Under the pieces are notes generated by a model. It saw nothing but the letters and a program-made list of their open reading frames with translations. It was not told where the DNA came from and ran no database searches. This document shows positions 1 to 9,716 of a stretch of 64,000 nucleotides of DNA, piece after piece. Source of the DNA: an uncultured Bacilli bacterium (GTDB lineage Bacteria > Bacillota_I > Bacilli_A > RF39 > UBA660); assembly GCA_934100165.1 (NCBI GenBank), contig CAKOPN010000006.1, forward strand, positions 52,837 through 116,836, read 5' to 3'. Made by a program: the position numbers and the translations under genes. The stretch's first letter is position 1, and each line of letters begins with the position of its first letter.

Positions 1-869
1 GTAATTGTTGAATTCTTAATTGACACTTTCGCACCGTTCTTGGCAATTATAGCAGAGTTAGTTCCATAGAAACTAGTATTGTCCCCTCCATCTGATGATC
101 CTGTTTTTTCTACAGTTATATTATTTAAATCTACAGTTATATCACCATCAATCAACAAAGCATTTTCATCTTTTTCGCTTGATGAATATTCTTCATTTTC
201 TACTGTTTTCGTTTCTTTAATTTCATTTTTTGAGGAGTATTCAATGTTGCTGTTTCCATTTCCTTTTTCTGTTGTGTTAGAACTATTTAAAAAATAATTA
301 GTAGTAATTGCACCAAATGAGTAAGTTAATACTCCTGTTGCTAAGAGTGTTCCTAAAATATATATAATAATTTTATCTTTGTTTTCAAAAGTTTCCTTAA
401 TATTTCTCTTATTTAAATTTGACATAACAAGATATATTGCTAAACTAGAAATCACTAATGCCTCTACTGCAAATACTATATAATATGTTGTACCAATTTC
501 TTTGCTTGATGCAGTGTTTGTATTTTGCCCAGGCATTTGTATATTGTTGTTTGGCATTTCTGGTCTGTTATTATCATTATCCATTTCTGGTATATTTGAC
601 TCATCATCTTGCATGTCTTCATTTTGATTTTCATTCATATCTGGTTTGTAACCAGGATCTTTTCTCTCTTCATCATCATTCATATCTGGAGGAGTCATTT
701 CCCCACCTTGGTCTTGGCCATTTCCCCCACTTGGCATTTCTGGAGGGTTATTAGAGAAATTGTTACTTCCCTTAACATTGTTTTTGGCATAATTCATTGT
801 TAGAAATACCATTACACAACTCAATATAATTAACACTACGCATATTGCATTTTTAACATTTCTTTTCAT
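1..869 (-). CDS. Membrane-anchored secreted protein, partial (3' end outside the window); possibly a Cthe_2159-like beta-helix / carbohydrate-binding family member
   Basis: Manual reverse translation from ATG at 869 (AAGGAAAG SD upstream). It gives MKRNVKNAICVVLIILSCVMVFL..., an acidic PEMP/PDMN-rich linker, a second TM segment, then ...TGSSDGGDNTSFYGTNSAIIAKNGAKVSIKNSTI. The frame stays open to position 1. It is absent from the ORF track because no stop lies in the window. Confidence 0.5.
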   Translation of the reverse strand, partial: MKRNVKNAICVVLIILSCVMVFLTMNYAKNNVKGSNNFSNNPPEMPSGGNGQDQGGEMTPPDMNDDEERKDPGYKPDMNENQNEDMQDDESNIPEMDNDNNRPEMPNNNIQMPGQNTNTASSKEIGTTYYIVFAVEALVISSLAIYLVMSNLNKRNIKETFENKDKIIIYILGTLLATGVLTYSFGAITTNYFLNSSNTTEKGNGNSNIEYSSKNEIKETKTVENEEYSSSEKDENALLIDGDITVDLNNITVEKTGSSDGGDNTSFYGTNSAIIAKNGAKVSIKNSTI

Positions 870-1039
870 TTTTTCTTTCCTTTCTTTTTTTATTTTTTTA
901 TATCATTTATCACTACCTTTTCTATGTTTAAAACTTTTACAGTTGATATTTTCTACCTTTATCTTATACTTTTTCCTCCTTTCTATGTATTAAATAATAG
1001 TACACATTTATTAAATAAAAATTAAAAATAAAAAAAGTT

Positions 1040-2299
1040 TTACTTTTTAAATAAAACTTTAAATGTTGTTATATCTTCCATTGAACTTGCTGTTATTGTT
1101 CCACCATGGGATTCAACAATATTTTTAGCAATCGCAAGTCCTAGTCCATACCTATTTTCATTTCTATTTCGTGATTTGTCTACTCTATAAAATCTTTCGA
1201 AGATCTTTTTTTCTTCACCTTTTGGTATAGGTTCGCCTTTATTTTGAACTTCTAATATTATTTGATTTGTACTGTTGGTTAAATTTAACGTGACTGTTGA
1301 GTTCTTTTTAGAATGTTTGATTGCATTATCTAATAAAATTTCCACAAGTTCTTTTATGCTGTTTTCGTTCATCTTGAATTTGATATCTTTATCTATATTG
1401 TATTTTAACTTTATATTGCTCTCAAATGCTTTTCCTTCAAACGTTAGTAGAGAAAGCTCTACTGTTTTTGATAAGTCTCCTTCTGATAATTTCATATTTT
1501 CTTTATTCTCTGTTGATGCAAGCTCTAATAAATCAGTTACTAAAATATTCATTCTTTTTGCTTCTTCTTTAATATTTTTTAGCCACTTTTCTTCCTTTGG
1601 ATTTGCTTCATAAGCTTCACTACTAGCTATTATTACAGAAAGTGGTGTTTTTAATTCGTGAGATGCATCCGCAATAAACTGTTTTTGTTTATTGAAACTT
1701 TCTTCTACTGGCTTAATTATCCAGCTTGTAATCCACTTTGTGATAAGTAATATTAAAGACTCTAATAAGAAGAAGATACATACTGATAGTCTTAGTGATG
1801 TTAAAAGATTAGTTTTTATATTCGAGTTGTCTAAAATAATCAAGAATTTCCCTTTTACGTATGAATAAGAATAATTTTCACTATATAATGATCCAATATA
1901 TTTACCTTGTCTATCTTGAGTATTTAATATCTCTTCCGCAATAGAGTTTATTTCTTCAGTGTTTTTATTATTGTTTGAATTATTTATTATTTCTTTTATA
2001 TTATTATTTTCATCAATAAGAACTGTGTATATAACTGAATCCATAAACTTAATATTTGGTTCTTCTTTTTTATTCATATCGTTGTTTTGTGGAGGTGTTT
2101 TGTCATCTGGTTTAATACCGTTTGGGTCTTTTCTATCATCTTGTTTTTTTGCATTATCCGTTGCAACATTTAAACTGTTTTCAACACTTTTCTTGTGTTC
2201 TATGTAGGTTTGTGTATTAAATAAAATAATAAAACTTAATATACTTATTGTTAATATTGAAAAGGTCACATAAAACACTTTATTTTTTAACTTCTTCAT
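1040..2299 (-). CDS. Sensor histidine kinase (HisKA + HATPase_c)
   Basis: H-box ADASHELKTPLSVI and G-box GLGLAIAKNIVESHGG, with two TM segments flanking a charged loop. The track start is a TTG; ATG at 2299 (MKKLKNK...) is more likely and overlaps the end of the response regulator gene. Confidence 0.9.
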   Translation of the reverse strand: MKKLKNKVFYVTFSILTISILSFIILFNTQTYIEHKKSVENSLNVATDNAKKQDDRKDPNGIKPDDKTPPQNNDMNKKEEPNIKFMDSVIYTVLIDENNNIKEIINNSNNNKNTEEINSIAEEILNTQDRQGKYIGSLYSENYSYSYVKGKFLIILDNSNIKTNLLTSLRLSVCIFFLLESLILLITKWITSWIIKPVEESFNKQKQFIADASHELKTPLSVIIASSEAYEANPKEEKWLKNIKEEAKRMNILVTDLLELASTENKENMKLSEGDLSKTVELSLLTFEGKAFESNIKLKYNIDKDIKFKMNENSIKELVEILLDNAIKHSKKNSTVTLNLTNSTNQIILEVQNKGEPIPKGEEKKIFERFYRVDKSRNRNENRYGLGLAIAKNIVESHGGTITASSMEDITTFKVLFKK

Positions 2300-2975
2300 A
2301 ATCATACTCCATTTTATAACCAAGATTTCTTACAGATTTAATGTTTACTTTTGACTCTATGGCTTTAAGTTTTCTTCTTAGAAATGATAAATATGCTTCT
2401 AGATTATTTGATTCTATATCATTTTCTATTCCCCAAATTTTGTCATATATTTGTTCTTTAGACAATATCTGTTTTGGATTATTTATGAAATATTCCATAA
2501 GCTGAAATTCTTTACATACTAGTTCTACTTGCTCTTTAGTAGTTGTACACTCCAAAGTTGAACTAGAAATATTTAAATTCAGATCTCCAAAAGTAATAGT
2601 ATTTTTCTTTGGACTTGCATTATTCTTCAATTGAATATTTACTCTTGCTACTAATTCTTCAATATGAAAAGGTTTAGTAACATAATCATTAGCACCGTTT
2701 TCTAAACCATCTAGTTTATCTTCTAAACTTGACTTTGCTGTAAGCATTATTACTTTACTCTGAACATCCTTTTCTCTTAACTTTTTTAATATATCAAAGC
2801 CATTCATACCTGGTAGCATGACATCAAGTATTATTAAATCATAAATATTTGTTAATGCTGAATAAAAACCTTCTTCACCATCTGTACATATATCCACAAT
2901 ATATTTTTCTTTTTTTAAGCTTGAAGATATAACATCCGCTAAATTAAATTCATCTTCTACAATTAAAATTCTCAT
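2280..2975 (-). CDS. OmpR-family response regulator
   Basis: Receiver domain (MRILIVEDE...LDVMLPGMNG...TAKS) plus a winged-helix C-terminal domain (LTxKEFQLMEYF...VRNLGYK). ATG at 2975 fits the canonical N-terminus. Confidence 0.93.
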   Translation of the reverse strand: MRILIVEDEFNLADVISSSLKKEKYIVDICTDGEEGFYSALTNIYDLIILDVMLPGMNGFDILKKLREKDVQSKVIMLTAKSSLEDKLDGLENGANDYVTKPFHIEELVARVNIQLKNNASPKKNTITFGDLNLNISSSTLECTTTKEQVELVCKEFQLMEYFINNPKQILSKEQIYDKIWGIENDIESNNLEAYLSFLRRKLKAIESKVNIKSVRNLGYKMEYDYEEVKK

Positions 2976-3040
2976 TATTATCACCCATTGCATAAATTTT
3001 ATTTCTAAATTATTAAATAAATATTAAATATATTATTAAT

Positions 3041-3069
3041 AAAAGAAAAGCTTTGGAAAAATCCAAAGC
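3041..3069 (-). terminator. Rho-independent terminator after rpsI
   Basis: 8-bp stem GCTTTGGA/TCCAAAGC with a 4-nt loop, followed on the minus strand by TTTTCTTTT. Confidence 0.75.
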
Positions 3070-3088
3070 CTGTAAAACTGTATATGTA

Positions 3089-3511
3089 TTAACGTTTTGA
3101 GAATTGTGGTGCACGTCTTGCTTTCTTTAAACCTGGTTTCTTACGTTCTTTAATTCTTGAATCTCTTGTGATAAATCCATTTGCTTTTAGTACTTTTCTA
3201 AAGCTATTTTCACTATCAGCAGGAGTTGTTGAATCATATTCTAGTAAAGCCTTTGTTATACCTAAACGAATTGCTCCAGTTTGTCCTGAGAATCCTCCAC
3301 CACAAACTTCAACTTCTACATCAAAGATTTCTCTTGTATTTGTAAGGTCAAGTGGTTGAGTTAAATTCATTATTAAAGTTTCATAAGGTAGATATTCATG
3401 AACATCTTTACCATTTACTGTTATTTTACCAGTTCCTGAAACTAATCTAACTTTTGCTATACTTGATTTTCTTCTACCAGTTCCATAATAAACGTTTTGT
3501 TTCTTTGCCAT
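3089..3511 (-). CDS. rpsI: 30S ribosomal protein S9
   Basis: [12 protein letters not shown]...GGGFSGQ...[12 protein letters not shown]; sits directly downstream of rplM. Confidence 0.97.
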   Translation of the reverse strand: MAKKQNVYYGTGRRKSSIAKVRLVSGTGKITVNGKDVHEYLPYETLIMNLTQPLDLTNTREIFDVEVEVCGGGFSGQTGAIRLGITKALLEYDSTTPADSENSFRKVLKANGFITRDSRIKERKKPGLKKARRAPQFSKR

Positions 3512-3522
3512 GATTTACCTCC

Positions 3523-3954
3523 CTATTTAACTTCCAACTTTTCTGGTTTTTGAGCCATATGTGGATGTTCACTACCAGCGTAAACAAATAATTTCTTATA
3601 CATTTGTCTACCTAATCTGTTATGTGGAAGCATTCCTTTTACTGCTCTTTCTACCATTTCAACTGGATAGTTTTCTTTCATAACTTTTGCAGTTCTAACT
3701 CTTAATCCTCCTGGATACATTGAGTGATTATAGTATTTCTTATCTTCAAGCTTGTTTCCAGTTAAATTAACTTTGTCAGCATTGATAATAATGATATTAT
3801 CACCGCAATCGATATGTGGAGTATAAGTTGGCTTATGTTTTCCACGAAGCATATGTGCTGCTTTTGCTGCTATACGACCAAGAGTTGCATCTTGAGCGTC
3901 AATAACATACCATTTACGTTCTACAGTTTCTTTTTTTTGCATATAACTTGTCAT
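3523..3954 (-). CDS. rplM: 50S ribosomal protein L13
   Basis: [15 protein letters not shown]...[12 protein letters not shown]...GMLP; rplM-rpsI pair. Confidence 0.97.
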   Translation of the reverse strand: MTSYMQKKETVERKWYVIDAQDATLGRIAAKAAHMLRGKHKPTYTPHIDCGDNIIIINADKVNLTGNKLEDKKYYNHSMYPGGLRVRTAKVMKENYPVEMVERAVKGMLPHNRLGRQMYKKLFVYAGSEHPHMAQKPEKLEVK

Positions 3955-4027
3955 AATTTTCTCCTTTTACTTAAGCTTAACCTTCCCACAGTCAAACTTA
4001 TGTGGGGAATCAAATGTACCGATTAGA
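3955..4027 (-). promoter_or_regulatory. rplM 5' leader with hairpin (candidate L13 autoregulatory leader)
   Basis: Between the -10 box and the RBS there is a stem CCCACA(3985-3990)/TGTGGG(4001-4006) followed by AAGGAGA. This position matches the L13 leader known in Bacillota. Structural match was not computed. Confidence 0.45.
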
Positions 4028-4056
4028 ATTATACTAAAATAAGCTTTAAAAGTCAA
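4028..4056 (-). promoter_or_regulatory. Sigma-A-type promoter for rplM-rpsI
   Basis: On the minus strand: TTGACT (4051-4056), a 17-nt spacer, then TATAAT (4028-4033). Confidence 0.75.
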
Positions 4057-4081
4057 TGATTATATATAAATATTTATCTTT

Positions 4082-4819
4082 TTAACTGTTATATTCAATA
4101 TAATATAGATATAATCCTTCTGGTTTAATTGTTGTTACTAATTTTGCCTTATCATCGTCAATTAAAATTTCTTTAATATCACTTGGTAATAACTTTCCCT
4201 TTCCTACTTTAACAAGTGTTCCAACCATATTTCTTACCTGATATTTCATAAAACCAGTGCCAGTAAAGCTAAATATTAACTTGTCACCTTCTACTGTTAT
4301 ACTTGCATCATAGATCTCTCGCACATAGTTTTCTTTTTTTGCTTCACTTGAAACGAAGCTCTTGAAGTCATGTTTACCAATAAAGTACTTAATTCCATCA
4401 TTCATCTTTTCTATATCAAGCTTTTTACCATACTGATAAACATAATTTCTCTCAAGCGGATTATATTCTCCACAATTCATTATATATTTGTAAACTTTTG
4501 ACTTTGCCATATACCTTGCGTGAAAACTTTTATCCACAACTTCTGTGGAAAAAACATGAATATCATCTGGTAAAAGACTATTTAATGCACACTTAAGTTT
4601 GTAAAGTGTAATATCAACGTCAATGTCAAAATGTGCACATTGACATAATGCATGGACACCTCTGTCTGTTCTACCTGCTCCAGTTACCTTTGTTTCTTTA
4701 TGATTATTTATGCTAAATAAAGCTTTTTCAAGTTCACTTTCTACACATCTTTTCCCAGGTTGTTTTTGATATCCAGAAAAATTTGTACCATCATATGAAA
4801 CCTTTATCAAATATCTCAT
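4082..4819 (-). CDS. truA: tRNA pseudouridine(38-40) synthase
   Basis: YDGTNFSGYQKQ...GAGRTDRGVHA motif. ATG at 4819 is preceded by GGAGG; the track start is a TTG. Confidence 0.95.
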   Translation of the reverse strand: MRYLIKVSYDGTNFSGYQKQPGKRCVESELEKALFSINNHKETKVTGAGRTDRGVHALCQCAHFDIDVDITLYKLKCALNSLLPDDIHVFSTEVVDKSFHARYMAKSKVYKYIMNCGEYNPLERNYVYQYGKKLDIEKMNDGIKYFIGKHDFKSFVSSEAKKENYVREIYDASITVEGDKLIFSFTGTGFMKYQVRNMVGTLVKVGKGKLLPSDIKEILIDDDKAKLVTTIKPEGLYLYYIEYNS

Positions 4820-4821
4820 AA

Positions 4822-5418
4822 CTACCTCCAAAAAAAGTATAATATCGAAAAATATATTGTAGAAACAATTACAAAGATGAAATCATAATTTTTAAAGCTA
4901 AGAGGAAAAAGCGCTCTTCTTCTTTTAAATCCATAAAACTTTGATTTTCCATATATATATACTTCTTCTAAATCTTTTTTTACTCTATCATTTATACTTC
5001 TTTGTTCACTGTAAGTTTTTTTGTACATTTCTTCATTATATTCACGCACCTTTGGAAGCAACTCTTTGCAAAACATTTTTTTTCTTAATTTCTTTTTATA
5101 ATTATATAAGAAATTATTTTTAATAACATATCTGTTCTTTTTACTTATTGAGTATATTAGAAGTAAGATTACGCTTATAGCATATATTATTTTAATTAAA
5201 ATGTTTATCTTAGGCGCTAGTGGAAAATATATTAGTAACAAAAGTGTTAATATTCCCAAAGGAAGAGATTTGAAATTTATATCTATTATAGATACAATGA
5301 TAATATATATTGATAATATGTATATAATTGTTCTTTCTGTTTGATAATTTATAATAGTTCCTGCTAATAACAATAAAGCTGTAATAATAATTTTTAATAA
5401 ATAACTACATCTAGACAT
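4822..5418 (-). CDS. Small polytopic membrane protein in the EcfT position (possible degenerate EcfT)
   Basis: 198 aa with about 4 N-terminal TM segments, a basic helical region and a C-terminal TM. The tail ...YGKSKFYGFKRRRALFPLSFKNYDF... loosely parallels the EcfT coupling-helix/C-terminal region. The synteny is ecfA-ecfA'-ecfT-truA. Confidence 0.4.
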   Translation of the reverse strand: MSRCSYLLKIIITALLLLAGTIINYQTERTIIYILSIYIIIVSIIDINFKSLPLGILTLLLLIYFPLAPKINILIKIIYAISVILLLIYSISKKNRYVIKNNFLYNYKKKLRKKMFCKELLPKVREYNEEMYKKTYSEQRSINDRVKKDLEEVYIYGKSKFYGFKRRRALFPLSFKNYDFIFVIVSTIYFSILYFFWR

Positions 5419-6091
5419 GTTTATATATATCCTTTATTATGTCTCTTACATCTTTACTGTAGAATAATTTTACATTTTTTTCTTCTTTTGCTTTATAGGT
5501 TATTAGTGGAAGAGCGGGAACATTTATATTTTTATTAGTTAGAACTTCTTCACTAGTATATACATTATCTGTTGTGTCATATACAAATATTCCTTTATAC
5601 CAAATTATTGAATAATCAGATACTTTATATAAATTATCTGCATCACTATCTGCTACGATTATAATGTATTTTTTTTCTTTAAGGTAATTTAACAAATTTT
5701 TAAAGTTTTTTTGGTTTCTATAATCTAAGTATCGATACATATCTTTAAACAACACTCTTTTTGATGTTCCTGAAAGTCTTCTTAATATATTTAAATATAT
5801 CTTTTCCGTAAAAGATAGTGTATCTATTTTTCTAGTTAAATAATTGTTTTTTAATCCAAGTTCTTTTAACACATCAAGAGTTATACTATAATCTTCCATT
5901 CCATTATTGTAGATTCCTATTTCTGATTCAACTGTTGTGCCAATAAAATAAAGTGCTTCATTATCAATGATAGTTATATCGCTTAAATTTCCAATAATTT
6001 CATCTGTATATTTTGAATCTAATGAGGTTATCTGTCCTTCGTGAAGTTCTACTTTTTTAGCTCTGCTTTTATAAATCAAATCTAATTCCAT
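5411..6091 (-). CDS. Degenerate ABC-ATPase-like protein lacking a Walker A motif (EcfA' position)
   Basis: 226 aa. LSFTEKIYLNILRRL sits where the signature LSGGQ would be, and VLFKDMYRYLD where Walker B would be. IIIVADSD..YKGIFVY resembles the ABC C-terminal lobe. No P-loop is present. Confidence 0.5.
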   Translation of the reverse strand: MELDLIYKSRAKKVELHEGQITSLDSKYTDEIIGNLSDITIIDNEALYFIGTTVESEIGIYNNGMEDYSITLDVLKELGLKNNYLTRKIDTLSFTEKIYLNILRRLSGTSKRVLFKDMYRYLDYRNQKNFKNLLNYLKEKKYIIIVADSDADNLYKVSDYSIIWYKGIFVYDTTDNVYTSEEVLTNKNINVPALPLITYKAKEEKNVKLFYSKDVRDIIKDIYKHV

Positions 6092-6903
6092 AGCCTATCC
6101 ACCACCTCATCTACATCAAAATATATCTTATCGACTAGATTATAAAACTCTAGTTTTCTTGATAAATCTATCATCAGTGGTATATCTATTCCCATCTTAG
6201 ATAATTCATTATCACTTTTTATTATTTCTTCAAAAGTACCTTCCATAGCTTTTTTTCCATGACTCATCACTATAATGTTACTTGCATTTATAGCATCATT
6301 TATATTGCTAGTTGTGTAAAGAACTGCTATGTGCATTTTTGTTGAAATTTCCTTTAATAGCTTAAATATTTTTTTTCTATCATTATCGTTCAAGTACTTA
6401 AAAACATCATCTATCAAAAGTAAATCTGGGTTATGTGCTATAGAAGATGCTAATAAGACTTTTATTTTGTCAATCATTTTTAATTCTGATGAATTTTCCT
6501 TTAACATATTGTTTATTCCAAAAAATTCTGCTAACTCTGATACTCTTTTATTTATATGCGCTGAGTTAAAATTTAAGTTATAAAGCGGATATATAATCTC
6601 ATCTTTAACGGTTTCACAAATAAACTGTCTATCTATATTTTCAAAAACTGTACCTATTTTAGTGTGATAGCTATTAAATGTCTTATTATTTAATTCTATA
6701 TCATTTAATATTATTTTCCCTAGTTCTTTCTTTTCCAGCCCACTTAGTATTTTAATTAGTGTTGTTTTTCCTTCACTATTTGGAGAGAGTATTGCTACGA
6801 CTTCATTTTCAGCAACAGAAAAAGTTAAGTCATCAATTATTTTGTTATTGTTATCTATTCCGTAGTTAAAAGTTAAGTTGCTAACTTCAAGAGTATTTCC
6901 CAT
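6082..6903 (-). CDS. EcfA-like ABC ATPase with degenerate catalytic motifs
   Basis: ILSPNSEGKTTL replaces GxNGSGKST, FEN replaces the FQN Q-loop, and LLLIDDVFKYLN replaces LDEPT (no catalytic Glu). There is no LSGGQ and no H-loop His. The Ecf-type C-terminal MGIDIPLMIDLSRKL is retained. Confidence 0.6.
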   Translation of the reverse strand: MGNTLEVSNLTFNYGIDNNNKIIDDLTFSVAENEVVAILSPNSEGKTTLIKILSGLEKKELGKIILNDIELNNKTFNSYHTKIGTVFENIDRQFICETVKDEIIYPLYNLNFNSAHINKRVSELAEFFGINNMLKENSSELKMIDKIKVLLASSIAHNPDLLLIDDVFKYLNDNDRKKIFKLLKEISTKMHIAVLYTTSNINDAINASNIIVMSHGKKAMEGTFEEIIKSDNELSKMGIDIPLMIDLSRKLEFYNLVDKIYFDVDEVVDRLWN

Positions 6904-6998
6904 TTTAAATCACCGCTAATGTTTATTATACATGTTTTTATCGAAAATAAAAGAAGAAATATTGATAATATTACCTTCTTGCATTATTCTAAAATAAT

Positions 6999-7766
6999 TT
7001 ATTTATCCATGTTATTTTTTTCTTTTTTCTTTTGAAATTTGTATACTATTCTAATTGCTAATTTATTGGATACTAATCTGTTGAAGAATATTGTAAATTT
7101 CATCTTAATTCCTGGTATTATTATAAGTTTATTTTGAAACATTTTATCAATAGCATATCTTGCTACGTATTCACTACTTAATGATTTCATTGAAAACTGC
7201 ACATTTGCTACGTTGTTAAAATTTGTATTTACTGGACCTGGACATAAGCATGATATATGTACATTAGATTTATCACGTCTTAATTCTTCATATATTGCTA
7301 ATGTTAATTTAGTAACATAAGACTTTGTTGCATAATATGTTGCCATTAAAGGCCCTGCTTGGAAACTGGCCGCTGATGAAACATTTAATATGTAGCCTTT
7401 ATTTCTTTTCTTCATATCTTTTAGAAACAATTTAGTTAAAATGTGTACTGCTTTAATATTAACATCAATCATCTCTAACTCTTTATTTAAATCTGTTTCG
7501 GTAAATTCTCCAAAGAGACCAAAACCTGCATTATTTATTAAAATGTCGATGTTATCATTTTTACACAATACATATAACTCTTTTAATTTTGATTCATTTG
7601 ATAAATCCGCCACTACGATTTTTACTTCTCCAGATAACTCTTTTTGAATCTTTTGAAGTTTTTCCTTATCTCTTGCTACAAGTATCAAAGAATACCCCAT
7701 ACTATTCAGGTATTTTGCCATATTGTAACCAATGCCAGATGAGGCTCCAGTTATAAGTGCCTTCAT
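6999..7766 (-). CDS. Short-chain dehydrogenase/reductase (SDR)
   Basis: TGASSGIG cofactor motif, NNAG, and the S...YYATK catalytic motif. Confidence 0.9.
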   Translation of the reverse strand: MKALITGASSGIGYNMAKYLNSMGYSLILVARDKEKLQKIQKELSGEVKIVVADLSNESKLKELYVLCKNDNIDILINNAGFGLFGEFTETDLNKELEMIDVNIKAVHILTKLFLKDMKKRNKGYILNVSSAASFQAGPLMATYYATKSYVTKLTLAIYEELRRDKSNVHISCLCPGPVNTNFNNVANVQFSMKSLSSEYVARYAIDKMFQNKLIIIPGIKMKFTIFFNRLVSNKLAIRIVYKFQKKKEKNNMDK

Positions 7767-7851
7767 ATTATCAACTCCATAGTAATATTATAACATGTAA
7801 ATTATGAAATTTGTTACTTACATTATCAACTTTACATAATTAGTGGTAAAG

Positions 7852-7871
7852 AAAAAAAGCCTTGCGGCTTT
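7852..7871 (-). terminator. Rho-independent terminator overlapping the stop of the 7870 gene
   Basis: AAGCC-GCAA-GGCTT hairpin followed by TTTTTTCTTT on the minus strand. Confidence 0.7.
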
Positions 7872-9246
7872 AATCTTCGAATATATAGTCATTAAATTCG
7901 TCATCATTATTATCAATTTCTGAAAAATTTAATATGTCATAGATATTGTCATAAGCTTCACGTTGTTCATCAGTCATATCATCAACACTTTTTGCACCAG
8001 ATACATCTACCTTAGGCATTTCAACACCAAGTTCTATTTCATTTTCTGAATTTAAGGTAATTGCTGTTGAACCAGTACCCATTATCATTTTTGCATTGAA
8101 TGTACATTTTTTATCTTTTTCAATTTCTTTAAATGCCATTTCTAAGTCAAATGTAGAAGAGTCATCAAGTGGTGTATTGGCTTTTAATGAGACAGTAAAA
8201 TTATTTTCATCTTTTTCATATGTACCCTCTGCTTTTAACATATTTAGTACATATAATGTTAAATTACTTTTTGTTGCACTTTGACCTTTAGATGTAAATT
8301 CAACAACATTTATTCCCATTGCTGATAAATATACTTCAAGGTTTTCAAAGTTATTTTTATTTGTATATTTATTTACTGTTAATTTTAATGTAACAGTTGT
8401 TCCATCATCTATTGTTATGCTGTACTCATTTGACATTATCTTGTCTTTATATTCGTAAACAGCATAACCAATAAATTCTTTTTCGTTGTCAAGATCATTT
8501 AATCTTCCTTCAAGATTTGAAATCATAGTGTCAAGACTTAAACCATCTAGTTCTTCGTAATTTTTAATCGCGTATGCAATTAGCTCACTTAATTCTTTGT
8601 TATCTTTTACTTTCTTTAAAACATCAACTATTATTTCTGCTGTGTCTTTTTCAGTAAAACTAACTTTTACTTTCTTTGTGTCATACTCTGTACCATCAAA
8701 AGTCTTTTTAACTTTTTCAACAGAAACTTCTTTTTGATTTATTTTGTCAACTATTGTGTCTGCTAAATAATCAAATACTACTTCTGTTTGAGCACTTATT
8801 CCTTCTGCAAGTTTTGGATCTATTTGAGTATCATCAACTAAATCTTCATAATAAAAGTTGTCAAGTATACCTTTAATTTTTGTGTATTCTTTATTTCCTT
8901 CTACATACTTTTCTATTTCTTTCTTAATATTATCTCTTGCTATAGTTATGTTTGCATACACTTTCTCATCAGATGAAAAGTATATATCGCCAAGATATTC
9001 TAGCTTACTTTCTCCTGAATTCATTGTTGTGTTTGTTGTCACTTTTCCAGTTGTGAAAGTTTCATTGTTAAGACCTTTTATAAATTCTTTTGAACTTTCT
9101 TTTAAGTTCTTAAATGATGTTTCAACATGATTTGTTAATATTTTTTTGTCACTTGGCTTAAATAGGAAAAACATTCCTACACCAATTGCTGCTACACCAA
9201 TAATTATTAAACATATTATTAGAGTAGTCTTTAATTTTTTATTCAT
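7870..9246 (-). CDS. N-terminally membrane-anchored extracytoplasmic protein, unknown function
   Basis: 458-aa ORF with one N-terminal TM (TLIICLIIIGVAAIGVGMFFLF) and an acidic C-terminal tail. No recognisable catalytic motif. Confidence 0.7.
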   Translation of the reverse strand: MNKKLKTTLIICLIIIGVAAIGVGMFFLFKPSDKKILTNHVETSFKNLKESSKEFIKGLNNETFTTGKVTTNTTMNSGESKLEYLGDIYFSSDEKVYANITIARDNIKKEIEKYVEGNKEYTKIKGILDNFYYEDLVDDTQIDPKLAEGISAQTEVVFDYLADTIVDKINQKEVSVEKVKKTFDGTEYDTKKVKVSFTEKDTAEIIVDVLKKVKDNKELSELIAYAIKNYEELDGLSLDTMISNLEGRLNDLDNEKEFIGYAVYEYKDKIMSNEYSITIDDGTTVTLKLTVNKYTNKNNFENLEVYLSAMGINVVEFTSKGQSATKSNLTLYVLNMLKAEGTYEKDENNFTVSLKANTPLDDSSTFDLEMAFKEIEKDKKCTFNAKMIMGTGSTAITLNSENEIELGVEMPKVDVSGAKSVDDMTDEQREAYDNIYDILNFSEIDNNDDEFNDYIFED

Positions 9247-9317
9247 TTTATCACACTCACCTCTACAGTGTTAGTATATTATATTTTAAATAAAAAGTCT
9301 ATATTAAACATTTTTTT

Positions 9318-9348
9318 CAAAAAAAAACCTTGTATTGCTACAAAGGTT
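9318..9348 (-). terminator. Rho-independent terminator after rplQ (end of the alpha operon)
   Basis: AACCTTTGTA-GCAA-TACAAGGTT hairpin followed by T9 on the minus strand. Confidence 0.8.
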
Positions 9349-9359
9349 AATTTTATCGT

Positions 9360-9701
9360 TTAAACTAATTCGATTATTGCCATTAAAGCGTTGTCTCCAC
9401 GTCTTTCGTCAAGCTTTAATATTCTTGTATATCCACCGTTTCTAGTTGCATATTTTGGTGCTAATTCATCAAATACTTTCTTAACAGCAACAGTGTCGTT
9501 ATGAAGGAAGGCAAGTGCACTTCTTCTTGCTACTAAACTACCATCTTTTCCGTAGGTAATCATTTTGTCAACGAATTTACGAACTTCTTTAGCTCTAGTT
9601 TCAGTAGTAGTAACTCTGCCATTCATTATTACATCTCTTGTTAAATTAGCAAGCATGCTTCTTCTATGTTTATTATCAACACCTAGTTTTCTGTATGCCA
9701 T
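9360..9701 (-). CDS. rplQ: 50S ribosomal protein L17
   Basis: MAYRKLG...HRRSMLANL...TTETRAKE; follows rpoA. Confidence 0.97.
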   Translation of the reverse strand: MAYRKLGVDNKHRRSMLANLTRDVIMNGRVTTTETRAKEVRKFVDKMITYGKDGSLVARRSALAFLHNDTVAVKKVFDELAPKYATRNGGYTRILKLDERRGDNALMAIIELV

Positions 9702-9716
9702 ATTCTTTCCTCCTTA

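Noticed and set aside
458-803. Plus-strand ORFs 458..754 and 609..803 (and 79..297) at the start of the window.
   Set aside because: They are antisense shadows of the long minus-strand ORF (1..869). That ORF has a proper RBS, a signal/TM segment and a coherent domain layout.
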